The notes under the pieces are model-generated. The model was not told where the DNA came from. It was given only the letters and a program-made list of their open reading frames with translations, and made no database searches. The position numbers were made by a program, and so were the translations under genes. A stretch of DNA of 64,000 nucleotides from Octopus sinensis (lineage: Eukaryota), in NCBI RefSeq assembly GCF_006345805.1, contig NC_043002.1, positions 11,780,001 through 11,844,000 of the forward strand, read 5' to 3'. Shown here in pieces: positions 52,231-64,000 of the stretch. Position 1 is the stretch's first letter, and every line of letters begins with the position of its first letter.

Positions 52231-52839
52231 TTATTCTTTTATACTCTAGGTACAAGGCTCAAAATTTTTGGGAGGGGGCCAGTTGATTAGATCGACCGCA
52301 GTACGCAACTTATACTTTATTTATCCACACAAAAGGTTGAAAGTCGCCGTCGCCGGAATTTGAACTCAGAACGCAAAGATAGACGAAATACCTATTTCTT
52401 TACTACCCACAAGGGGCTAAATACAGAGAGGACAAACAAGGACAGACAAACGGATTAAGTCGATTATATCGACCCCAGTGCGTAACTGGTACTTATCTAA
52501 TCGACCTCGAAAGAATGAAAGGCAAAGTCGACCTCGGCGGAATTTGAACTCAGAACGTAGCGACAGACGAAATACCGCTAAGCATTTCCCCCGGCGTGCT
52601 AATGTTTCTTATTTATTTATTGCCCACAAGGGGATAAACATAGAAAGGACAAACAAGGACAGACAAAGGGATTAAGTATATTATATCGACGCCAGCGCGT
52701 AACTGGTACTTGTTTAATCGACCCCGAAAGGATGAAAGGCAAAGTAGACCTCGGCGGAATTTGAACTCTGAACGTAGTGGCAGACGAAATATGGCTACGC
52801 ATTTCGCCCGGTGTGCTAACATTTCTGCCAGCTCGCCAC
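52230..52839 (-). mobile_element. Head-to-tail trimer of SINE family B
   Basis: Three cores at about 190-230 bp spacing, with only one complete head. Confidence 0.85.
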
Positions 52840-52879
52840 CTTCGTGTGTGTGTGTTATTCGATTACAAAATTTATCTAT

Positions 52880-53148
52880 TTCGTCGAACCACTAGTCTAC
52901 GTGATGTAAACAAACTAACGCCATCTGTGAATCTGCTGCAGGGAGAAACACACACACACACACACACACACACACCACACACACACACACACACACACCC
53001 ACACATACACACACACACACACACACGAACACACACACACAGAGGACTGTGGTAGAAGACACTTGCTCAAGGCGCCGTACGGTGGGACCGAACGAGAAAC
53101 CACGCAGCTGCAAAGCGTGTCTCCTAACCACAGAGCCTGCCTACGCCT
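52880..53148 (-). mobile_element. SINE family A, diverged 5' part
   Basis: Contains gtagaagacacttgctcaagg, an (AC)n tract, and ends cctacgcct. Confidence 0.65.
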
Positions 53149-53579
53149 AAAAAAGAAACCGCAGTGCGTAAACAACGTTATATGTGGTCTTTACATAATT
53201 ATTCATTATCCACTGAAGAGTTTCTGTGCGGTCATTCGACCTGCTATAAATAGTAGACAAATATCGTTTAAAATCGACTGCATCGTCTTTGGTTTCCACA
53301 ATCAGGTATGAACTTGCGCTCTATAACAAAATCATAAATATTATTAATCTTGGCAGAGATATCACTGCGTGTCAACAGCTTAAGTATCCAATCAGCAGTT
53401 CTTGTGACTTATAGGATAAAGATAGCATGATGAGACTATCGGAGTCGGTAAAAGTAGATGCTTCCATAACAATTGAGAATCTATATATTATGGAACTGAA
53501 GAGGAAAATACAGCTGTGATAAAAGGACAAGACGTCAAAACTGATACTCAGCTACTGAGCTATTTTGCAGAAACCATTA

Positions 53580-53641
53580 TATACACATACATACATACAT
53601 ACATACATACATACATACTACATACATACATAATAGATTTA

Positions 53642-53697
<56 letters not shown>

Positions 53698-54069
53698 GTA
53701 TATGTTATATATGTATATATATATACGTATATGTATATATAGGTATATATATGTATATGCATATGTATATATATATATATGTATATGTATATTATATATA
53801 TAATATAATATATATATATATATATATGTATATATATGTAATGTATATATATATGTATATGTATATATATATATATGTATATGTATATATATGTATATGT
53901 ATATATATATGTAATATATGTATATGTATATATATATTATATATATAATATATATATATGTATATATATATGTGTGTGGGTGTGTGTGTATGTATATGTA
54001 TATATGTATATGAATCTGTATATATATATATATGTATATGTATATGTATATATATATATATCTATATAA

Positions 54070-54116
<47 letters not shown>

Positions 54117-54182
54117 CACATATATATATATACATATATATATATGCATATACATTACATACTCATGCATACATATATATAT

Positions 54183-54224
<42 letters not shown>

Positions 54225-54292
54225 CTTTATATATATATATATATATATATAATATTATATATTTTAATATATTATATATATATATATAATAT
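53580..54292. repeat. (TACA)n and long degenerate (TA)n
   Basis: Seen directly in the sequence. Confidence 0.95.
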
Positions 54293-54759
54293 ACCCTGCA
54301 TGAAAAAGTTTATGAAAGAATTTCGCACAACCGAGTCCATTTCCACATTGCTGCAGGTTAGTTATCATCGTTCCATTTGTCAGCCGCAAGAAATTGTCTA
54401 AATGGCGGACAGAAATGAGATTGTATTCCATCAGGCAAATGTATATGAAATCGTTTAACGCACAGAATAGTCGTAAATCTCTAATAGTTTACATATAAAT
54501 CTGTAGACTTTGTCAGTTGTAATAGTTGCAGCAAAAATTACGACTGCCGTCATTGAAAATTGTTTTCTTCCTGGAGAGAGACGAAGAGCGGGCGCGGACT
54601 GTTCTAATAAAACTGCAGAACGAGGTTGGTTTAATGGAATGATGGAATACCAGGAGACTGCGCAGAAGATGAGGTATATAAATAGATATAAATAAGAAGT
54701 GAGAAGCAGTGTAGCGAGATAAGTATCGTTTGGAATAGCTGCCAGTATAAATAGAGGAA

Positions 54760-55072
54760 GAGAGAGAGAGAGAGATGGAGGGAGGGAGAGGGAGAGAGAG
54801 AAAAAGAGCAAGAGAGAGAGTCAGACACAGGAGAAAGAGGAGAGCTAGCTTGAGAACCAGAGAGAGAGAGAGAGGGAGAGAGAAAGAAAGAGAGGAAGAG
54901 AGAAAGCGAGGGAGAGAGATTGAAAGACAGAAAGAGAGAGAGTGAGTGAGAAAAAGAGAGAAAAATGAGAGTGAGAAAGTGAGAGGGAGAGAGAAAAAAA
55001 GAGGGAGGGAGAGACAGAGAAAGAGGGAGAGACAGAGCCAGACATGAGAGAAAGAGGAGAGTGAGCTGGAGA

Positions 55073-55107
<35 letters not shown>

Positions 55108-55586
55108 AGAGAAAGAGAGAGCAACCAGAGGCTAGAGAGAGGAGAGCTTGATGGAGAAGTACAGAGAGAGAGAGAGAGAGAGAAAGGAAGAGAGGGGGAG
55201 AGAAATAGAAACGGAGAGACAGAGAAAGAGAGATTGTGAGAGAGAAAGATGAGCTTGATGGAGAATCCAAGCGGAGAAAAGTGAAAGAATAAATGAGGAC
55301 AATAGAGAGAGAGAGAAAGAAAGAGGGAGAGAGAGAGAGAGAAAGAGAGACAGGGAGAGATAGAGAGAGAGAGGGGGATGAAATAAACAGAGTCAGACAG
55401 AAAGGCCAAGGGCAATAAAGAGAAAGAGGGAGAGAGAGAGAGATGGAGAGCTAGAGAAAGAGACCAAACGAAAATGAATGAATGAAGACGACAGAGAAAG
55501 AGAGAGCCAAGGAGAGAAATGGGATGAGACGTATGGGGAGAGAGAAGGATGAGGAGAAACAGAGGAATGGAGGAGAAAGAGGGTAG

Positions 55587-55622
<36 letters not shown>

Positions 55623-55630
55623 GAGAGAGG
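54760..55630. repeat. Polypurine (GA)-rich tract
   Basis: Seen directly in the sequence. Confidence 0.9.
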
Positions 55631-55859
55631 GTTTTCAAAACTTATATTCTGAAGTAATTTATGTGTGAACGCTCGTCCGTAAATGGTATACAAATGAATT
55701 ATTTCTGCATATATGTGTGTGTACGTACACGTGTGTATGTGTGTGTGAGTGTGTGTAGGAAGAGAGAGTGATGTAAACATTTAAGTAGAAATAACAGAAA
55801 GAAAACAAAATATTCAGTTCTGATTTAAGATTATATAATTAATTATAAGACGAACTCGT

Positions 55860-56442
55860 TGGCGGCGAGCTGGCTGAAACGTTAGCACGCCGGGCGAAAT
55901 GCTTAGCGGTATTTCGCCTGTCGCTACGTTCTGAGTTCAAATTACGCTGAGGTCGACTTTGCCTTTCATGCTTTCGGGGTCGATTAAATAAGTACCAGTT
56001 ACACACTGGGGTCGATATAATCGATTCAATCCGTTTGTCTGTCCTTGTTTTTTCTTCTCTGTGTTTAGCCCCTTGTGCGTAATAAAAAATAGGTATTTCG
56101 TCAACCTACGTTCTGAGTTCAAATTCCGCTGAGGTCGACTTTGCCTTTCATCCTTTCGGGGTCGATTAAATAAGTACCAGTTACGCACTGGGGTCGATAT
56201 AATCGATTCAATCCGTTTGTCTGTCCTTGTTTTTTCTTCTCTGTGTTTAGCCCCTTGTGAGTAGTAAAGAAATAGGTATTTCGTCTGCCCTTATGATCTG
56301 TGTTTAAATTCTGCCGAGGTCGACTTTGCCTTTCATAATTTCGGGGTCGATAAATTAAGTACCAGTTATGTACTGGGGTCGATGTAATCGACTGGCCCCT
56401 CTTCTAAAATTTCGGACCTTGTACCTAGAGTAGAAGAGATTA
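55860..56442 (+). mobile_element. Head-to-tail trimer of SINE family B
   Basis: One head and three cores, with junctions aaata|ggtatttcgtc at about 56091 and 56274. Confidence 0.88.
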
Positions 56443-56894
56443 TAAAATGAACTTCATAAAGATCACTCAGTTTCTTATTGCCCTTTTCTAGCAATTATTA
56501 AATCGTCCGAATATTTATTCTTTATTTTCCACAGGATGGCTGGGTGGGGGCTAAACAAAGACAGGACAGACAAAGGGATTAAGTCGATCACATGGACCCT
56601 AGTGCGAAACTGGTACTTATTTAATCTACCTCGAAATGATGGAACTTTGCCTGCAATTTTCCGTCGTGGTTGACCACGCGCTTTATTTTTTGAGGAACGA
56701 TAAAATGAGTACCAGTTAACCACTGGGGGTTAAGTAATTGACTTACGTCTCTTCTTAATATTACTAGGCTTATGCCAAACTTTGAAATCCGTAATTGTTT
56801 CTATTTCTTGGCAGCAAAATTGTTGTTTGATTTCGATTATTTAGGAGATGGTTTAAGACGCCGTAACCAGTTTGCTTGGTAGCAAAGGAATATC

Positions 56895-57311
56895 TCTTTT
56901 ACTCTCTTTTCTCTCTTTTACTTGTTTCAGTCATTTGACTGGGACCATGCTGGAGCACCGCCTTTAGTCGAGCAAATCGACCCAAGGACTTATTCTTTGA
57001 AAGCCCAGTACTTATTCTATCGGTCTCTTTTGCCGAACCACTAAGTGACGGGGACGTACACACACCAGCATCGGTTGTCAAGCAATGCTAGGGGGACAAA
57101 TACAGACACACAAATACACACACATACATACATATATATATATATATACATATATACGACAGGCTTCTTTTTAGTTTCCGTCTACCAAATCCACTCACAA
57201 GGCATTGGTCGGCCCGGCGCTATAGCAGAAGACACTTGCCCAAGATGCCACGCAGTGGGACTGAACCCAGAACCATGTGGTTGGTTAGCAAGCTACTTAC
57301 CACACAGCCGC
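56895..57311 (-). mobile_element. SINE family A
   Basis: Reverse complement of the family A consensus. Confidence 0.85.
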
Positions 57312-57504
57312 TCAAATATTATATTTGAAGTAAATTAAGTCTTTTATCTTTTCTGTTAAGAACTTCTGTAGTGAAAAAAAAAAAATTAAAAAAAGAAATC
57401 TTCATCCACGGAGATTTCACCTGGTAATAAAAAAGAAAGAAAAAAAACAAACGTCGATAAGTGAGATTGAGGTAAAACACGCCTATTTCGAAATAAGGTG
57501 ATTA

Positions 57505-57551
57505 CAATGATGATGACGACGACGACGACGACAATGATGATGATGATGATA

Positions 57552-57610
<59 letters not shown>

Positions 57611-57624
57611 AACGATGATGATGT

Positions 57625-57664
<40 letters not shown>

Positions 57665-57695
57665 AATGATGATGATGATGATGATGATGATAGTG

Positions 57696-57727
<32 letters not shown>

Positions 57728-57744
57728 GATAATGGTGATGAGGG

Positions 57745-57826
<82 letters not shown>

Positions 57827-57847
57827 GATAATGGTGATGAGGGTGAC

Positions 57848-57922
<75 letters not shown>

Positions 57923-57965
57923 GATAATGATGATGATGATGATGGTGATGATGGTGATGATGATG

Positions 57966-57997
<32 letters not shown>

Positions 57998-58092
57998 GAT
58001 GATAATGATGGTGATGATGATGATGATGACGACGACGACAATGATAAGGATGATGGTGATGATGATGATGATGATAATGATGATGATGAAGC
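57505..58092. repeat. (GAT)n trinucleotide tract, ~590 bp
   Basis: Seen directly. It explains the poly-Met and poly-Ser ORFs. Confidence 0.95.
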
Positions 58093-58551
58093 TGATGTAA
58101 AGGGAGCTGATAAATGTGATACGGAAACTTGAAAAAATAACTATTGTTTGTTTTTTTCTCGGTGGAAAAAGAAAAGTGAAGAAAAATCTAGAAACAGCAA
58201 GATATTGTGAAGTATAGGATTTAGATAAGGAGAAAGCTACAGAACCCAGACAAAATCTGAACGGAATTCCAAAATATACCGAAGATGATACTCAGCGGGG
58301 AAAACAATTTCAACCTCAATAAAAAAAGTTAAGCGAAGTGATTGCTAATCGCAGAACAAAAACCTCTTAGGTAAAACCACAAACAAAATTCTTATTCTAG
58401 GCGCAAAACACCAAAAGCCTTAACCATAAACACCCTTAGAAATTATGAATTACGTATTTGGGTTTAATTTTGTTTTTACGAATTCCTAATATGATTCGAA
58501 CTTGAATAAGTGAATTGTTCTTGCGTTTCGTTATTGGAGAACAACTTCCCT

Positions 58552-58930
58552 CTTTTCTACTCTAGGCCCGAAATTTTGAGGGAGGGGGCCAGTCGATTAG
58601 ATCGACCGCATTACGCAACTGGTACTTAATTTATCGACCTCGAAAGGATGAAAGGCAAAGTCGACATGGGCGGAGCTTGAACTCAGAACGTAAAGACAGA
58701 CGAAATATCTGGACAAACAAGGACAGACAAACGGATTAAGTTGATTATATCGACCCCAGTGCGTAACTGGTAATTAATTTATCGACCCCGAAAGGATGAA
58801 AGGCAAACTCGACCTCGGCGGAATTTGAACTCACAACGTAACAGCAGACGAAATACCTATTTCTTTACTACCCACAAGGGGCTAAACACAGAGAGGAAAA
58901 ACAAGGACAGACAAACGGATTAAGTCGATT
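58552..58930 (-). mobile_element. Head-to-tail array of SINE family B (partial)
   Basis: Two cores plus an extra tail, with the same ggtatttcgtc junction. Confidence 0.82.
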
Positions 58931-59324
58931 AGTGTGTGTTTCTTCCCGGCATCGCTTGACAACTAGTGCCGGTGTGTTTATATCTCTGTGGATTAGCAGC
59001 TCGGCAAAAGACATTGAAAAAGTTACAAAAACCAGACTTACAAGAACACTCCCCACCAAAATACCTGGCATTCCGTTGGTTACGACGTCGTAGGTTCCAG
59101 TCCGTTCATTGATAGGTTTACTTAATCGGTCCACTGAACGTTTGAGAAAAATCGAGCGATCTAGAAAATTAATGCTACATTTCGACAGAATCATTTCTGG
59201 TTATAACCGTACAGAAAAATGAAAGATTGGTACAGGCATGGGGATGGGGGCCAGGAGAGGCAATATGTATGTTTGTATGTTTGTATGAATGGATGAATGG
59301 ATGGATGGAGGATGGACGGATGCA

Positions 59325-59745
59325 CAGGGTGATTGAAAAGCAATCCCCTGTTTTAAAATATTTATAAATTATTTATTAACTGAAATTTTTAGAAAAACAT
59401 GGAATGAAAGGAAAGCTTTTAGAATAGCGTTTTGTTTAAAATTTGATATGGACTCCAGATGTCGCCACCAGCTTCTTGAGTCCCCCAGGAATTGCATCAA
59501 CTGATTTCACCAGGAACTCTTGTGGGGTGGAAAACATAACTTCTCGTATTCACCCTTCAAGTTCTTCCAAAGTCTTTGGTTTGGTACAGTATACTTGTTC
59601 TTTTAACCAACCCCAAAGAAAGAGGTCACAGAGTGTTAAATCGGAATTCCCGACTGGCCACTCATGCGAACCACGACGACCCATCCATTTCCCGGGGAAG
59701 TGGGTATTAACCCATTCATGAAGGACAAAAGCAATTCGATTACAT
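59325..59745 (-). mobile_element. mariner-like (DUF4817-type) transposase C-terminal fragment and terminus
   Basis: Translates to HFPGKWMGRRGSHEWPVGNSDLTLCDLFLWGWLKEQVYCTKPKTLEEL. The terminus is cagggtgattgaaaagcaatcccc at 59325. Confidence 0.8.
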
Positions 59746-59989
59746 ATTAAATTCTCATACTTCACAACACAAACAAAATACTTGAGGAATAAATTACAAT
59801 TTATAAGTATTTTAAAATAGGAAGTTACAATCAATGACTGTGTATATACGTGTGTGTGTGTATGTATGTATACATCATGTATGGGTGTATGTAGGTAGGC
59901 ATGTTTATACATACATTCATACATACATAATACATACATGCATAATACATACATATATGTGTGTGCATGTGCGTGTATGTGTGTATGTG

Positions 59990-60270
59990 AGGTCGCATGG
60001 CCGAGTGGATAGGGTGTTGCACTCACGATAGCTAGATTGTGTGTTCAATTCCTAGACCGGGTGGTGCGTGGTGTTCTTAAGGAAAACGCTTCATCTTTCG
60101 TTGCTTCGCGATCATTTCGATACCTGAAGCATGTTCGGACAACGTCGTCTGATGGAGAGAATTAGCTAAAGGGGGGCACGAACATTTGATCACTATAAAC
60201 GAATCATTTGTGCAGGTTATTCGACAAAAAGCTGAACGCTCATGCGTCATCTTTGACGGGGGAGACCATC
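59990..60270 (+). mobile_element. tRNA-derived SINE
   Basis: Starts ggtcgcatggccgagtggatagggtgttgcactcacgat and contains ttcaattcctagaccggg. Confidence 0.55.
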
Positions 60271-60291
60271 ATATATATATATATATATATA

Positions 60292-60695
60292 TACTAGCAG
60301 TATCGCCCGGCGTTGCTCGGGTTTGTAAGGGAAATAACTATATAAGCATTTTTAGAGAGTTATAGCCAAAAAATAGCAAAAAATGCATTAAAAATGGAAT
60401 AAAAAATTATGGTAATTTTTTTTTTAAATCGTTGACTCATCGTAGACATTTTTAGAGAGTTACTTCCCTTATATAATAGCGAAAAAATGCATTAAAATGG
60501 AAAAAATGATGGTAATTTTTTCTTTAAATCGTAGACTCATCGTAGACGCGCGCTAATACCCCGAAGGGCTCGTTATGAATCACTACTATAAGATACCCGC
60601 TTTTGGTTAAACTGCACCGCAAAATGTGGGAGTAGTTAGGAATCTAAATCGTAGGAGACAGACACTCACACAACTTCACTTTTATATATATAGAT
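60292..60695 (+). mobile_element. Helentron/HINE-like non-autonomous element
   Basis: Starts TACTAGCAGTATCGCCCGGCGTTGCTCGGG (hairpin), has an internal ~105-bp tandem duplication, and ends ACAGACAC...CACTTTTATATATATAGAT. The architecture matches insect DINE-1/HINE-like elements (recalled). Confidence 0.65.
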
Positions 60696-60698
60696 ATA

Positions 60699-61525
60699 TA
60701 CTAGCAGTGTTGCCCGGCTCGTGCGTTCTATGCACGCGCGAATTAAGCTAAACTTGGATGAAGTTCAATCAAAATTCAATTACCTTGGTTTTAAAATCAA
60801 GCATTTAATGCCCTCTATTTTTGCGCTTATGTGTTCCATTTCCTCAATTGGAAGTACGTAGAAGCGTTTCATAAATTTTTGTTGATCAAATAATTGTATC
60901 GTTGAATTATTATTTTAGATCAGTATTTCTCAACGGTGATTTCCGGGGAGAGTTTCAGGGAGTCGCTAGCGATGTATCGTGATGATCAAAAATCCGGCCT
61001 GCTAAAATTTGGTTAAGGTGATTCAAACTGCAGACTCAACGCAAAATGGTCACATTTAATTCAAAGCGTTAAAAATGTTATGAAAACAATTGGTATGTGT
61101 TCACAAAGTCCAAACGATTAATACGAAAAAACCCTCCAGGCTACATCCCGAAAATTCATTTCTTTGCCGAATTTCTACAATGTTTACGGCGATTCGTTTT
61201 TATATCTTGATTTTTTATTTTTCTTGCAATTTACGCATGCTTGCACGCGTGGTGAACACAGTTCACGTCAAACAGCTGACTGAGTAAAGTTCACTATTCA
61301 ATGCATGGGATAATGCCTAAACAAACACATTATCGATTTTTGCACTTGCGAGATGAATTTCGGAACAGAAATAGCGCAGTTCAATTTTCATTCGCCTAAA
61401 CTTTAAGTGCCCCATTTTTGGTGGTTCTACGATTTGTTGGCTAGGAAGAGATGTGCAGGGAAGTTAAACACACAGACACACACACAGATACACACACAGA
61501 CACACAAGTTGAGTTTTATATATAT
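60699..61525 (+). mobile_element. Second Helentron/HINE-like element, directly abutting the first
   Basis: Starts TACTAGCAGTGTTGCCCGGC and ends ACAGACACACAAGTTGAGTTTTATATATA. Confidence 0.55.
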
Positions 61526-61708
61526 ATATATATATATTTAATCCAAACATGAAAACACAAAGAAAAAACACAACGACGCGAGGAAGTGGAACAAGTATAG
61601 TGTTATTGGGCACTCAGGAAGGAAGGGAAGAAGGAAGGTTTAACGTTTCAAGCGGAGCTCTTCGTCAGAAACATAGGAAAAGGAAAGATCCAAGGACAGA
61701 AGACGGAG

Positions 61709-61755
<47 letters not shown>

Positions 61756-61777
61756 AATCCTTAAATCCTTAAAAATG

Positions 61778-62005
61778 TTTAAGCCTGAAGGCTGCGGCCA
61801 TGCTGGGGCACTACCGTTGAATGAGTTACACTAGTATGTTAATCCACCTCTGATACGTGGCAGTTGGTCAACAAGGGAGTTTGATACCGCTGCCCGTATC
61901 TGTGTCTCCTGCCGAGGAGTAGGTTCATCTGGGACCCCCGTCAAGAAAAGATCCAGTTTAGTTTTAAAGAAACCCACATCCACACCATGCAAGTCTCTAC
62001 GCCGT
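61778..62005 (-). mobile_element. CR1-like LINE extreme 3' end
   Basis: Translates to LHGVDVGFFKTKLDLFLTGVPDEPTPRQETQIRAAVSNSL, then tail agtgccccagcatggccgcagcc. Homologous to the 10047-10640 fragment. Confidence 0.75.
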
Positions 62006-62021
62006 ATATAAATAAAACTTA

Positions 62022-62656
62022 AATAATGAGGGTGATAAATTGAATATTAATTTAATTAACATCAATTTAAAACCAGTAGCCTAGCATATACAAAAATCTG
62101 AAAATTCAGAAAAATTGTAATACATGCTTATAATAAGAGATGGCCACTAAGTGGACATCCAGTATGCTAGAAGAAGATCACCTACGATCTAACTACAAAG
62201 AAAAGAATGTTCCCAAGAGAAATTCAGCAAACACCAGAACATAAGCGGGTAAGACAGATGAAAATATACAAAAATGAAGAATTAATCGTAGACCAGTTTC
62301 GTCATTAACAATTTTACTTACGTAATCATCGTCTGTGAACTCTTCAGTACGATCGATCCAATTCAATATAATTTATAGAACTATACACAAGTTGTCCTCA
62401 GAAAATTAAGTGTGTGTATAGTTCTACCGATTATATTGGGGTTATTTTCAAAAGTCTAAGTTCTGGCGCGCTAAAACCCGGAAACAGTTCCGCAGTAGAT
62501 AATTCACTGCACTTAATGTTGCCGGTTAAAGAACATAATTATTTAAAATTTGAATAATGAGGGTGATAAATTGAATATTAATTTAATTAACATCAATTTA
62601 AAACCAGAAGCGTAGCATACAGAAAAATCTGAATATTCAGAAAAATTTTAATACAT
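62022..62656 (-). mobile_element. 531-bp unit plus 104-bp direct repeat (Penelope pseudo-LTR or retrozyme-like)
   Basis: 62022-62125 matches 62553-62656 at about 93% and encloses the hammerhead. Confidence 0.6.
62285..62353 (-). ncRNA. Type I hammerhead ribozyme motif
   Basis: Minus strand: ATCGTA-CTGAAGA-G...C-GAAA-CTG-GTC-TACGAT. Stem I is a perfect 6 bp, the core is intact and the cleavage triplet is GUC. Confidence 0.8.
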
Positions 62657-62662
62657 ATAAAT

Positions 62663-62709
<47 letters not shown>

Positions 62710-62712
<3 letters not shown>

Positions 62713-63087
62713 TACCGTCAGAAATTAATTAGCACCCTTGATTTGCTCTTCACTCAAGGTATGTGCTGTCACCTAGTGGCCATATCTCGAACTATTGCTT
62801 TGTTGCGAGTTCACTGTTGCGCAGAACGATGACGTAACTTTGTTTGCAGAGCAGTTTGAGAGTCTACAGCCTTATGATGTTGACATAGCAGTGCAACAAC
62901 AACTTGGAGTGCGGATGCAGACAAATTCCTTTGTTTAATAGATATAGGTAGCGCCTCGCAAGGACCGAAATCACACCATACTAAGTTTTCTCATCGCGTA
63001 AGAAGTTTTGAACAGCTCATAGGTTAATTGATTTAACCTATTTAATGTAGAAATTTGAGAAGTGCTAATTAATTTCTGACGCAAGTG
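62710..63087. mobile_element. Tc1/mariner-type MITE
   Basis: 26-bp TIRs CACTACCGTCAGAAATTAATTAGCAC and the reverse complement CACTTGCGTCAGAAATTAATTAGCAC (2 mismatches), with TA on both sides. Confidence 0.85.
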
Positions 63088-63104
63088 TATGTGTGTGTGT
63101 GTGT

Positions 63105-63158
<54 letters not shown>

Positions 63159-63248
63159 ATGTATATATATGTACCACAATAAGTACATAAATGTGAAACA
63201 AGGCGGGGAAAATAATTCTCGAATACCGGAGGTAGAATTATATGCTTC

Positions 63249-63332
<84 letters not shown>

Positions 63333-63844
63333 CTCACACTATTTATAAAAATATCAACCATCCTTGCCAAACAGACATACAAGACTGGAGGTGAAAAGAA
63401 AAGGTTGGTCATTCTCCTAATATTCTGTATAGATATTTAAATACGATTTCTGATGAAGTTTTGACTAAGCAATACACGCTTTACAAATTCTTTCTGTATA
63501 TATGTTCATATACAATCATGATTTTTAATGAACTTCTAAATAATTATGAATTTAATTTACGACCTAATTTGAACACTTTTATGTAAACTGTATTTAAACA
63601 CAAAGCCCCCCCCCCCTCTTAGCATTTTCTTATCATTGCCAAAGATTCTATTTCTTAACATTTTCTTATCTTTGTCAAAGACTCTATCACTGTATTTTAA
63701 TACATCTATATTAAATTTCTTAACACCGCAAAGCAATGCAAAGGCCTCAAATTTTACTTTTGAAAATCTTTTTATATAAAAACGTGAAACCATTCAAGTC
63801 AATAAACATCTTTAAAAAACCTCTGCATTTTCAAATCCTTTTCC

Positions 63845-64000
63845 TTATATATATCTATTTTACTCTTTTACCTGTTTCAGTCATTTGCCTGCGGCCATGC
63901 TGAAGCACAGCCTTTAGTCTAGCAAATCGATCACAGGACTTATTCTATCTGTCTTTTTGCCGAACTGCTAAATTACGGGGATGTAAACACACAAACATCG
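63845..64000 (-). mobile_element. SINE family A 3' part (runs off the window)
   Basis: Runs from cctgtttcagtcatttgcctgcggccatgctg to acacaaacatcg. Confidence 0.75.

Noticed and set aside
54290-54740. Unique CpG-containing segment with short ORFs on both strands next to the GA tract
   Set aside because: No recognisable protein motif or consistent exon boundaries. It could be regulatory but is unsupported.
57498-58100. Poly-Met and poly-Ser ORFs (also poly-Asp/Ser/Ile at 48.6-49.2 kb)
   Set aside because: These are pure (GAT)/(ATC) trinucleotide tracts.
60920-60940. hAT-like terminus cagtatttctcaac inside the second HINE-like element
   Set aside because: No matching opposite TIR or 8-bp TSD was found.

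Overview
AT-rich, microsatellite-dense eukaryotic DNA made almost entirely of transposable elements. The SINE families look like the ones I associate with octopus/cephalopod genomes; this is recalled, not verified. I found no convincing host protein-coding gene, true tRNA, rRNA or CRISPR array, and most ORFs in the track are translated microsatellites. Main content: (1) a full-length, frameshifted Tx1/L1-clade LINE (3666-9499) sitting inside a (TATC)n tract; (2) 3' fragments of CR1-type LINEs and an RLE-type LINE; (3) many tRNA-derived SINEs, where family A shares its tail with the CR1 fragments and family B shares its tail with the Tx1 element; (4) a 479-bp internally deleted Tx1-like element inserted in a SINE head with a 19-bp TSD; (5) Tc1/mariner fragments plus piggyBac, Tigger-like and long-TIR non-autonomous elements and two Helentron-like elements; (6) a 33-34 bp satellite, a 1.5-kb tandem duplication and a 156-bp perfect palindrome; (7) a canonical type I hammerhead ribozyme motif inside a 531-bp partial tandem repeat (Penelope/retrozyme-like), with three weaker hammerhead-like motifs elsewhere. 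There is a 100-N scaffold gap at 48630-48729. Coordinates were read by eye and may be off by a few bases.
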